Assembly: GCA_040389905.1 (NCBI GenBank) | Contig: JAZJZK010000064.1 | Coordinates: 1 to 35,481, forward strand | From: Gemmatimonadota bacterium | GTDB lineage: Bacteria > Gemmatimonadota > Gemmatimonadetes > Gemmatimonadales > Gemmatimonadaceae | Direction of reading: 5' to 3' | Length of the DNA stretch: 35,481 nucleotides | In this document: positions 25,521-33,953 of the stretch, one piece after another | How the letters are laid out: each line of letters opens with the position of its first letter | How positions within the stretch are numbered: the first letter of the stretch is position 1 | The notes under the pieces: generated by a model | What the model was told of the DNA's origin: nothing | Databases searched by the model: none | What the model saw: only the letters and a program-made list of their open reading frames with translations | Translations under genes and position numbers: made by a program

Positions 25521-26180
25521 CTATTTCTTCGTGACGACGAAGTCCGAGATCGCGAGGTCAAGGTTGTGATTGACGCGGAAACCAACCAGGCCGTCCGTGT
25601 TGCCGACGTTGGCCGCCGGGAGCGCCAACACCTGGACGCCGTTCACCTTGAGTCGAAGCGAGTCGGGCTTCGACGCGTCGACCGTCAATGTGTTCACCGC
25701 GACGCCATTCGCATCCTGCTTCTTGATCGCGGCATTCGGAGTCCACGCCTGGATCTTGTGCACCTCGGCGCCCGCCCGATGGTTCATCAGAAACTGGCCA
25801 TCGCCACGAACGAGGAAGTAGAAGTAACTCTGGTCAGCCGCATCGAGCTTGCTGCCGGTGAATACGAGACCATACGCCTCCGGATGCGTGGGGGCCTTCG
25901 TCTGCTTCATCGTCACCGATGCGGTGAACGGCCCCGCAACCTTTCCGGTGTTGCTCCAGTAGATCGCCGCCGGTCCTGTCGTCGCGTGAAAGCCCTTGCC
26001 TTCGACGACAAACTTCGTGTCACTCACCTTCGTACTTGCGTCGTCGGTGCGGCCCATCCAGCCACCCGGAAGTGCGCCGCCCGCAACCTTCACATCGTGA
26101 TCCTCGTGCTTCGCCTGTGCTGCAGCTGGGGCTGCTGCCACGAGGACGAGTGACATCGCTCTGATCGTACGTCCGAACAT
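25521..26180 (-). CDS. Secreted beta-sandwich protein (DUF1080/concanavalin-like fold suspected)
   Basis: AGGAG RBS, a signal peptide ending in AAA-Q, and a beta-rich sequence (HPEAYGLVF, YFLVRGDG, GFRVNHN). Confidence 0.8.
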   Translation of the reverse strand: MFGRTIRAMSLVLVAAAPAAAQAKHEDHDVKVAGGALPGGWMGRTDDASTKVSDTKFVVEGKGFHATTGPAAIYWSNTGKVAGPFTASVTMKQTKAPTHPEAYGLVFTGSKLDAADQSYFYFLVRGDGQFLMNHRAGAEVHKIQAWTPNAAIKKQDANGVAVNTLTVDASKPDSLRLKVNGVQVLALPAANVGNTDGLVGFRVNHNLDLAISDFVVTKK

Positions 26181-26236
26181 GGGGGATCTCCTGGTGGGAT
26201 TCTGTTTAGTTCCGGTCTTGAACTGCCTATTCAAGT

Positions 26237-26327
26237 TTGTCACCCCGAGCGAGCGCAGCGAGTCGAGGGGTCTGCGCCTCGCACACAGGCGGCAGGTGCA
26301 GATCCCTCGACTTCGCTCGGGATGACA
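26237..26327. repeat. Inverted pair of REP-like family A elements that forms the 3' end and stop codon of the MocA-like gene
   Basis: Plus-strand copy at 26237-26279 and minus-strand copy at 26294-26327. Confidence 0.92.
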
Positions 26328-26890
26328 TCGAGCTGCGCGAGCGCATCTGGCGTATCGACATCCACGGGCATGGTCGTACCGATAGTAATAGTCGCGACCC
26401 GGGTACCAAGTTCCTCCAGTATTGCTCGCGCCCCGACATCCCCCCGCAATTCCATCAACGCCGGAAAACACTGTCGCGCGAACAACACCGGATGCCCCCG
26501 TCCGTCAGTGTACGTCGGCACAACGGCTGGTGGATCACCGGCGCGCCAGCGCTCGCAGAGCGCTCGCGTCACGTTCGGATCCGCCAGGGGTTGGTCTGCG
26601 AGCGCGATGACGACGGCGTCGCAGTCCGCCGGCAACGCTGCGATCCCTGCGCGAATGGAGCTCGCCATCCCTTCGTCACGGCCGAGGTTGACGACGAAGG
26701 ACACATCGAGTCGCGAGAGCGCCTGGATCACCGCATCGGCGCCGGGAGGAATCACGACGTAGATGGCATCGAGCGGCGACAGCACGCCGATGCTCTGCCG
26801 AATCACCGCCTTGCCGCCGATCTTCGCGCAGAGCTTGTTGCTGCCGAAGCGACTGCTTTTCCCCGCCGCGAGCAGCAGGCCGGCGATCAC
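26240..26890 (-). CDS. MobA/MocA-like nucleotidyltransferase family protein
   Basis: LLLAAGKSSRFG, GMASSIRAG, LADQP, GHPVLF, GDVGAR and DVDTP. The GTG start overlaps the upstream TGA. Confidence 0.9.
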   Translation of the reverse strand: MIAGLLLAAGKSSRFGSNKLCAKIGGKAVIRQSIGVLSPLDAIYVVIPPGADAVIQALSRLDVSFVVNLGRDEGMASSIRAGIAALPADCDAVVIALADQPLADPNVTRALCERWRAGDPPAVVPTYTDGRGHPVLFARQCFPALMELRGDVGARAILEELGTRVATITIGTTMPVDVDTPDALAQLDVIPSEVEGSAPAACVRGADPSTRCARSG

Positions 26891-27657
26891 TCGTCGAAAT
26901 CCAGCTGGTCGAGCTTTTCGCGCCAAAGACGCCGCAACTGATGGGCGCCTTCCGCGTTCGGTTCGATCAACGACCGCCGCCAATACCACCGGTCTGCCTC
27001 TTCCGCCTTCGCGCCATGGCCGAGGAAGTGTGCGTGCGCGTCCGCAACGAGCACGTTCGGTGTTCCCTCCCCGAGCCGGGTGATATACGCGTTCATGCGC
27101 GAAAGGACGCCCAGCGGCAACTCACCAGCCTCCTCGAGAACGCCTGGAATTCGCGCCGTTCCGTCAGATGGATCGTAGATCGTCGTCAGCACGATCGTCG
27201 AGCGGGGACACGCGCGCCGAATGGCATCCACCAGAAACTCGTACGCATCCTCGACATCCCGCGCGATGGACTCCAGCAGGGACGCACGAGGGCGGTTCGC
27301 GAACGCGCTCAACAGATCGTTGCCGCCGATGGTGAGCGTAACGAGCGTCTCCTCGTCCGTCTCCTCGACCTGCGCGAGCTGCTCGCCGAAGACGTCCCCG
27401 ATGGTCGCGCCATCGGCGGCAAGGTTCTGAAACGCGATTCCCGGATAGCGTGACGCGAGATCGTCGCCTTGATCCTCGGACCATCGCGCATCGTCGTTCT
27501 GGTACAACAGCGCTGCGGCGCCGAGTGGCGCCACGCTGCCTGCGGTCACGTCCCGCTCGAGCGCGACCGCGACGTCCGTCTCCCCAGCATCGAGCGCGGG
27601 ATACAGATCGATCGACATCGAGTCGCCGAGCGCGATGTACCGCGTGAAAAACGGCAC
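26887..27657 (-). CDS. SGNH/GDSL hydrolase family protein
   Basis: ALGDSMS (block I), TIGGND (block III), and IEPN in place of DxxH. Confidence 0.85.
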   Translation of the reverse strand: MPFFTRYIALGDSMSIDLYPALDAGETDVAVALERDVTAGSVAPLGAAALLYQNDDARWSEDQGDDLASRYPGIAFQNLAADGATIGDVFGEQLAQVEETDEETLVTLTIGGNDLLSAFANRPRASLLESIARDVEDAYEFLVDAIRRACPRSTIVLTTIYDPSDGTARIPGVLEEAGELPLGVLSRMNAYITRLGEGTPNVLVADAHAHFLGHGAKAEEADRWYWRRSLIEPNAEGAHQLRRLWREKLDQLDFDE

Positions 27658-27659
27658 CG

Positions 27660-28880
27660 TCAGACCGCTTCGGGCACCAGACCGCGCGTGGCCAGCACGC
27701 GCGCAACTGTTTCGCCGATCTTGTTGTTTGGTGTACTCGCTCCGGCGGTGATCCCGATGCGCACCGGCCCCGCCGCGGCCATCCAGCCCGTCAGCGTCTC
27801 CTCGGCGTGATGCACCCCAGCGACACGAAAGTGAACCGACTTCGCCTCGGGGTCGATGCCATCCGCGTCCTCGATGTGATAGGTCGGAACGCGCTCGGCG
27901 CAGAGGGCCGCGAGGGAGATCGTGTTGCTGGAATTGAATCCGCCGATCACGATCATCGCGTCGAGTGGCTCCTCGAGCAGGTCCATGACCGCGTCCTGCC
28001 GCTCCTGCGTCGCACTACAGATGGTGTCGAAGGTCCGGAAGTCGGTCACTCGCGCCTCCGGTCCACGCGCACGCGCAATGGCCTGGCCCACGTGTTCACC
28101 GATGGCGAGGGACTCCTTCGCGAGCATCGTCGTCTGGTTGGCGACGCCGATGCGCGTCAAGTGCAGGTCCGGATCGAATCCAGGCGAGACACCCTTCGCG
28201 AAATGGGTGAGAAACGCATCCCGATTCCACCGGCCTTCGATATAGTCGCAGACAAGCTGCGCCTCACTCATCTCGCGAACGACGAGATAGTGGCCGTTGG
28301 GATGCTTCATCACCTGAGACGCGGTGGCTCGGGTCTCCTCGTGATAGTGCTTGCCGTGGATCAGCGCCGTGTAGCCGTCGCGTGCATACGCCTCCACGCG
28401 CTTCCACACATTGAGGACAGAACCGCAGGTCGTGTCCACGAGCACACAACCAATGGCTCGAAGCGCCTCGAAGGCCGCGATGGTGACGCCGAACGCGGGA
28501 AGGATGACGACATCCTCTGGACGGATCGAACCAAAGTCGAATGTCCCGTCCGGTCCGGGCTCGAGAATCTCGATCCCCATGCCGCGCAGCTTGGCGTTCA
28601 CATGCGGGTTGTGGATGATCTCCCCGATCAGCAGCAGTCGCCGATCCGGGAACTTCCGCCGAGACTGATAAGCGTACTCGACCGCCCGCTCGACTCCGTA
28701 GCAGAAACCAAACTCCTTGGCCAGCCGAACGGTGACATCATCGACCGTCAGGGTGTAGTCGTGTTCCCGCAGGGCATCGACGAGGCGGCCGTTGTAGTCG
28801 GATGACAGGTCGCCCTGGACATCGGCCTTGAGTCCGAAGCCCTTTCGGAAGTAGGTGGCGGCTGGATCGCTGGTGGACAT
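27660..28880 (-). CDS. ispH: 4-hydroxy-3-methylbut-2-enyl diphosphate reductase
   Basis: FGFCYGVERA, IIHNP, DTTC, HEET, NQTT, DTICSATQERQ, SSNT and GITAGASTP. Confidence 0.97.
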   Translation of the reverse strand: MSTSDPAATYFRKGFGLKADVQGDLSSDYNGRLVDALREHDYTLTVDDVTVRLAKEFGFCYGVERAVEYAYQSRRKFPDRRLLLIGEIIHNPHVNAKLRGMGIEILEPGPDGTFDFGSIRPEDVVILPAFGVTIAAFEALRAIGCVLVDTTCGSVLNVWKRVEAYARDGYTALIHGKHYHEETRATASQVMKHPNGHYLVVREMSEAQLVCDYIEGRWNRDAFLTHFAKGVSPGFDPDLHLTRIGVANQTTMLAKESLAIGEHVGQAIARARGPEARVTDFRTFDTICSATQERQDAVMDLLEEPLDAMIVIGGFNSSNTISLAALCAERVPTYHIEDADGIDPEAKSVHFRVAGVHHAEETLTGWMAAAGPVRIGITAGASTPNNKIGETVARVLATRGLVPEAV

Positions 28881-28950
28881 TTGTGAAATCTAAATGAAGA
28901 TGCGCCTACCCCGCTGGCGCGCCTTCCCGAAATCCCTCAACCTTCTGCCC

Positions 28951-30993
28951 ATGAGCCAGACTTCCGACACGGACTTCATCGCGCTTCAGACGGCACTCGC
29001 CGGCGAGTACTCGCTCGATCGCGAGTTGGGCCGCGGGGGCATGGGCATCGTGTACCTGGCGCGGGAAGTTCGGCTCGCGCGGCCGGTCGCCATCAAGGTA
29101 CTGCCTCCAGCTTTCGCGGCGCGCCGTGAGCTGCGCGACGCATTCCTCCGAGAATCGCAGTTGGTCGCCGGATTGAACCACCCGAATATCGTCCCCGTCT
29201 ACGCGGCCGGTGAAGCGGGTGGATTCGTCTACATCGTCATGGCGTATGTGGAGGGGATCACGCTCGGCGAGCGGATCCGTACGCGCGGCCCCCTGCTCCC
29301 CGGTCAGGCCGCCCGCGTGCTGCGTGAGGTCGCGTGGGCGCTTGCCTATGCGCACGGTGCGCGCATCGTGCACCGCGACGTCTCCGCGGAGAACATCATG
29401 CTCGAACGCGCCGGTGAGCGGGCGATCGTGATGGACTTCGGCATCGCGAGCGCCATGCAGAGTAGCGCCGTGAACGCCGATGGTCTGGTCATGGGCAACG
29501 CGCACTATGTGAGCCCGGAGCAGGCCACTGGTGAGCCGGTCGATGCGCGCAGTGACCTCTATTCGCTGGGCGTCGCGGGGTTCTATGCGCTCACCGGGCG
29601 CCTGCCATTCGATGGAGAAACCAGTGCGGACGTTGTTGCGCAGCATCTGACGACGCCGGCGCCGTCGATCACGAGCATCGCCGGCTCCGTGCCGCCACGA
29701 CTCGCGGCAGCGGTCGAACGGTGCCTGCACAAGGAGCCGATTCGGCGCTACCGAAACGCCGAGAGCTTCGCTGAGGCGATCGACCTCGCCTTCGAGCACG
29801 CGAAGGAGATTCCAGCACCGTTGCGCTCGTGGATCAACCAAGGGGAGCGCGAACTTCCGGCTCGTCTGGCAATGATGGGCGTAGGGACGATGACGGGTAT
29901 CACGTTCGCAGTCGGCTTTGGAAAGCCGCTCCTGTTTCTCCTTCCATTCTGCGCCTTGGGCGGCCTCAGCCTGGTCCCGTACGTTTTTCGTCTGCGGCGC
30001 GTGCTGAGCGACGGGTACCACGTCAGCGATCTTCATGCAGCGCTGCGAGAGCATCAACTCGCGCGCAGCGAGGAGATCGAGTACGAACGACGGCAGGGGT
30101 CACCGCGCGTGCGGAGGGCGCTGCGCATTCTCCTCGGTGTTTCCGGTGCGGGCACTGCGCTGGGAGCGGCCATGCTGCTTCAGTATTATCGGACGTGGTT
30201 TGGCCATGACGGAGCTGCGATGAACGCCATGTTCGAGATGCAGATCCAGGCATTCCTGACGTCATTCGTTTCCCTTGTCGGCCTCACCATTTCCGGCGTG
30301 CCCCTGCTTGGCGAATTCGTTCGCCATCGCCTGTCCGCGCGTTTGGCTGCCGAGAGTATTTCGCTGTGGAAAGGAAAATGGGGTGCTCGCATCGCGAGGC
30401 TCGCTAGCATCGGTCTTAAGCCGGCAGAACGACCGGCGCTCGGCATGCCAGTGCTCACGGAAATCGCACTCGGCCGAGCAACAGACCATCTCTTTCACGC
30501 GCTTCCCAAGGCATCGCGGAAACAGCTGTCCGGGCTGCCCGACGCAGTTCGCCGCCTCGAACAAGATGCGAGCAAACTACGCGAAAGCATCGTCGCCTTT
30601 GACGACCAGCTCGCCGCGTTCGACCGCGGTGGCGATTCGATCGTCGACGCATCACGCGAAGCAATGGCGGACGAACTGCGACGCGCGCGCGCACTCACGG
30701 CGCAGCGTCTCGCGTCCACAGTGTCCGCGCTGGAAGGCATTCGCCTCGACCTCCTGCGCCTCCAGATGGGCAGCGTGGGAATCGAGTCGGTGACCGCGTC
30801 ACTGGAGGCAGCCCAACGCATGGGGGTCGAAATCGCGCTCGCCGCGGATGCACAGAGTGAAGTCGAACGCATTTTGCGCGAGGGTGCGATGCCCGATCGG
30901 CGCGCATTGGACGCACCGTACTCGCCCGAATCCGAACACGAAGACGACGACGCCGACACACCGATCGAGGGCGTCCCAGCTACGAGAGGTTGA
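28951..30993 (+). CDS. Membrane Ser/Thr kinase-like protein, paralog 1 (kinase, about 4 TM helices, coiled coil, acidic tail)
   Basis: GRGGMG, VAIK, HRDVSAEN, DFG and GNAHYVSPE, followed by hydrophobic helices. Confidence 0.9.
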   Translation: MSQTSDTDFIALQTALAGEYSLDRELGRGGMGIVYLAREVRLARPVAIKVLPPAFAARRELRDAFLRESQLVAGLNHPNIVPVYAAGEAGGFVYIVMAYVEGITLGERIRTRGPLLPGQAARVLREVAWALAYAHGARIVHRDVSAENIMLERAGERAIVMDFGIASAMQSSAVNADGLVMGNAHYVSPEQATGEPVDARSDLYSLGVAGFYALTGRLPFDGETSADVVAQHLTTPAPSITSIAGSVPPRLAAAVERCLHKEPIRRYRNAESFAEAIDLAFEHAKEIPAPLRSWINQGERELPARLAMMGVGTMTGITFAVGFGKPLLFLLPFCALGGLSLVPYVFRLRRVLSDGYHVSDLHAALREHQLARSEEIEYERRQGSPRVRRALRILLGVSGAGTALGAAMLLQYYRTWFGHDGAAMNAMFEMQIQAFLTSFVSLVGLTISGVPLLGEFVRHRLSARLAAESISLWKGKWGARIARLASIGLKPAERPALGMPVLTEIALGRATDHLFHALPKASRKQLSGLPDAVRRLEQDASKLRESIVAFDDQLAAFDRGGDSIVDASREAMADELRRARALTAQRLASTVSALEGIRLDLLRLQMGSVGIESVTASLEAAQRMGVEIALAADAQSEVERILREGAMPDRRALDAPYSPESEHEDDDADTPIEGVPATRG

Positions 30994-30994
30994 T

Positions 30995-33001
30995 GTGTCG
31001 CACATCCCGGACGAAAATTTCATCGCACTGCAGGCGGCCCTCGCCGGCGAGTATTCGCTCGACCGGGAGCTTGGCCGTGGCGGCATGGGCATCGTGTACC
31101 TCGCGCGCGAAGTCCGTCTCGCTCGCCACGTCGCGATCAAGGTGCTCCCGCCCGCGTTGGCGGAACGCCGCGATGTGCGCGAGGCATTCCTGCGCGAGTC
31201 GCGCACCGTGGCGGGACTGAATCATCCCAACATCGTTCCCGTGCACGCCGCGGGTGAACGCGGTGGCTTCGTCTACATCGTGATGGCGTACGTCGAAGGT
31301 ACGACGCTCGGGGAACGCATCCGGACACGCGGTCCCTTGCTGCCGGGCCAGGCAGCTCGCGTGTTGCGCGAGGTGGCATGGGCGCTCGCCTACGCGCACG
31401 CGGCCGGTATCGTCCATCGCGACGTCTCGGCGGAGAACATCCTCCTCGAGCGCGGCTCCGACCGCGCAATCGTGATGGATTTCGGCATTGCGAGCGCCAT
31501 GTGGAGTGCGGCGGTCGATGACGAGGGGCGCGTGATGGGCAACGCGCACTACGTCAGTCCGGAGCAGGCGGTCGGCGAACCAGTCGATGCGCGCAGTGAT
31601 CTCTACTCGCTTGGCGTCTGCGGATTCTATGCGCTGACCGGCCGCTTGCCGTTCGATGGAAAGACCCCCGCGGACGTGGTGCACCAGCATCTCGTGCGGA
31701 CGCCGCCGGCCATTTCGACGATTGCGCGTGCGGTACCGCCGCGGCTCGGGCAGGCCGTGGATCGCTGCCTCGCCAAGGAACCGCTGCGCCGCTATCGCAC
31801 CGCCGAGAGTTTCGCCGAGGCGATCGACCTCGCTTTCGAGCACGCAAAGGACATTCCGGCGGCGCTTCGCGTATGGATCGGCCGCGGTGAGCAGGAGATG
31901 CCGCCGAGACTCGTCATGATTGGCCTGAGCGCGTTCGCTGGTCTCGCGCTGGTGGCAGCGACGTCCAATCCATTCAGCTTCCTGGTTCCAGTTGGCATCA
32001 CAACGGTCGTGACATTGCTGCCGGCATTGACGCGACTGCGCCGGGTTCTCGCCGACGGCTACATCGTCGAAGATCTCCAGACGGCCCTGCGTGAGCATGC
32101 GCTCAGCAAGAGTGAGGAGATTGCGTACGAGCGGTCACAGGTTTCGCCGGGAGCGGAAAAGGCGGTGAAGTTCGCCTTCGGTACGTCGGTCGTGTCGGGC
32201 ATGTACTGCGCGCAGCAAGTAGCACACATCGCCGGCGGTTGGCCGACGCGCTGGGAGAGCCCCTATTTCGCCGGCATGCTCGTCTCGCTCGGGATGTTGG
32301 GCCTCACGAGCGCGATGCTGATCGGAGGAATCGTGCGGCTCAAATGGGCCGCGAAGATGTCGTCGGCAGCGCCGGCATTCTGGGGCAGCAAATGGGGGGC
32401 GCGGATTGCGCGCGTCGCCGGATTCGGCCTTCGAACGGCAGATCGGCCCGCCTTCGGAAAACCGCTGCTCACGGAGGTAGCGCTCGGGCGAGCGACCGAT
32501 CATCTCTTTCAATCACTGTCGAAGGCGTCGCGCAAAGAGCTGGCTGCACTGCCGGAGACGGTCCGCGGCCTGGAGCGAGAAGCGTCCAAGCTGCGCGCGA
32601 GTATCGAAGGGTTCGACAACCAGATCGCGATGTTCGAGCAGGGCGATACCCGGCGAGCGAACGAGCTGTCCACGGACATCGAACGGGAACTGCGCGCGGC
32701 GCGTGAGGCGACTGCGTCGAAGCTCGGCGCAACGGTCGCGGCACTCGAGAATATTCGGCTGGAGCTCCTCCGCCTTCAGCTGGGGAGTGCAGGGATCGAA
32801 TCCGTGACAGCGACCCTCGAGGCGGCGCAGCGGATTGGTGAGTTGATCGTGCAGTCGGTGGAAGCCAACGAAGAGGTCGAGCGCATGCTGCGTGGGGGTC
32901 AGACCCCCGATCGCCGGGCGCTCGACGCGCCGTATGAGGATGTCGCGGAGGATGACGACGCCGACACGCCAGTCGGAGGCGTGCCCGCAACCAGTGGCTG
33001 A
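30995..33001 (+). CDS. Membrane Ser/Thr kinase-like protein, paralog 2 (tandem duplicate)
   Basis: GTG start 1 nt after the paralog 1 stop, with a GAGG RBS. It has the same motifs and architecture. Confidence 0.9.
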   Translation: MSHIPDENFIALQAALAGEYSLDRELGRGGMGIVYLAREVRLARHVAIKVLPPALAERRDVREAFLRESRTVAGLNHPNIVPVHAAGERGGFVYIVMAYVEGTTLGERIRTRGPLLPGQAARVLREVAWALAYAHAAGIVHRDVSAENILLERGSDRAIVMDFGIASAMWSAAVDDEGRVMGNAHYVSPEQAVGEPVDARSDLYSLGVCGFYALTGRLPFDGKTPADVVHQHLVRTPPAISTIARAVPPRLGQAVDRCLAKEPLRRYRTAESFAEAIDLAFEHAKDIPAALRVWIGRGEQEMPPRLVMIGLSAFAGLALVAATSNPFSFLVPVGITTVVTLLPALTRLRRVLADGYIVEDLQTALREHALSKSEEIAYERSQVSPGAEKAVKFAFGTSVVSGMYCAQQVAHIAGGWPTRWESPYFAGMLVSLGMLGLTSAMLIGGIVRLKWAAKMSSAAPAFWGSKWGARIARVAGFGLRTADRPAFGKPLLTEVALGRATDHLFQSLSKASRKELAALPETVRGLEREASKLRASIEGFDNQIAMFEQGDTRRANELSTDIERELRAAREATASKLGATVAALENIRLELLRLQLGSAGIESVTATLEAAQRIGELIVQSVEANEEVERMLRGGQTPDRRALDAPYEDVAEDDDADTPVGGVPATSG

Positions 33002-33953
33002 GCTCACTCCCCTTCTTCAGCCGCCCCCGTTGCTGAAAGGCGACACGATTGGCGTCGTAGCGTCATCGTACTCTCCACGCCCGCGCTGGCTCGCGCGCGG
33101 CGTGCGGGCGCTGGAACGTGCCGGCTACTCCGTCTTGCTCGATCCCGAGCTGTCCATCAACCGACGCTACCAGCGCGCAGAGGACGAACGGCGCGCCGCC
33201 AATTTCACGACCATGTGGTGCGACCCACGGGTGAAGGCGCTCATCGGCGGCACGGGCGGGTACGGAGCGGTGCGGATGCTTCCGTATCTCGATCCGGCAG
33301 TCTTCCGCAGCCATCCCAAGGCCTTCGTCGGATATTCGGACATCACGGTGCTGCACCTCTGGCTCATGCGACTGGCCGGGTTGCGCGCCTTTCACGGCCC
33401 CACGGTGGATGACCTCATTCCGAGCGCGAGAGATGTCACCACGGCGTCGTTGCTCACCGCGCTCACCACGCCGCGGCCGACGACGAGAATTGGGCGCGAT
33501 ACGGCACGCACGGTGAAGCAGGGGCGAGCGGTCGGCCGCCTCGTCGGCGGGAACCTGGCGCTCGTGCAGCAGACCATCGGCACGCCATACGAAATCGACA
33601 CCACGGACGCTATCCTCTTCCTCGAGGAGGTGCGCGACCCGATGTCGTTCGTCGACGAGCGGCTGGTTCAGCTTCGTGCGACGGGCCTTCTGGGCAAGGT
33701 GCGGGGTATCGTCTTCGGCCACCTCTCCCTCGACCGGTCCGAAGAGGACGACTTCGAGGATTTCGTCCTCGACTTGGTCTCCGATCTTGGGGTTCCTGTG
33801 ATCATGGACTTTCCGGCAGGCCACGACAATCCTAACTTGACCGTGCCACTCGGCACCGAAGTCGAGCTCGTTGCCGAGGAAGCAACAGGGTGGCTGGTCT
33901 ACCGCGAAGATGCGCTTTTGTCGCCACCCTCACCAACCGTTCCAATTCCGTGA
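32994..33953 (+). CDS. LD-carboxypeptidase (peptidase S66)
   Basis: GGYGA, FVGYSDIT (Ser), GGNL, LFLEE (Glu) and GHD (His). Confidence 0.93.
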   Translation: MAELTPLLQPPPLLKGDTIGVVASSYSPRPRWLARGVRALERAGYSVLLDPELSINRRYQRAEDERRAANFTTMWCDPRVKALIGGTGGYGAVRMLPYLDPAVFRSHPKAFVGYSDITVLHLWLMRLAGLRAFHGPTVDDLIPSARDVTTASLLTALTTPRPTTRIGRDTARTVKQGRAVGRLVGGNLALVQQTIGTPYEIDTTDAILFLEEVRDPMSFVDERLVQLRATGLLGKVRGIVFGHLSLDRSEEDDFEDFVLDLVSDLGVPVIMDFPAGHDNPNLTVPLGTEVELVAEEATGWLVYREDALLSPPSPTVPIP

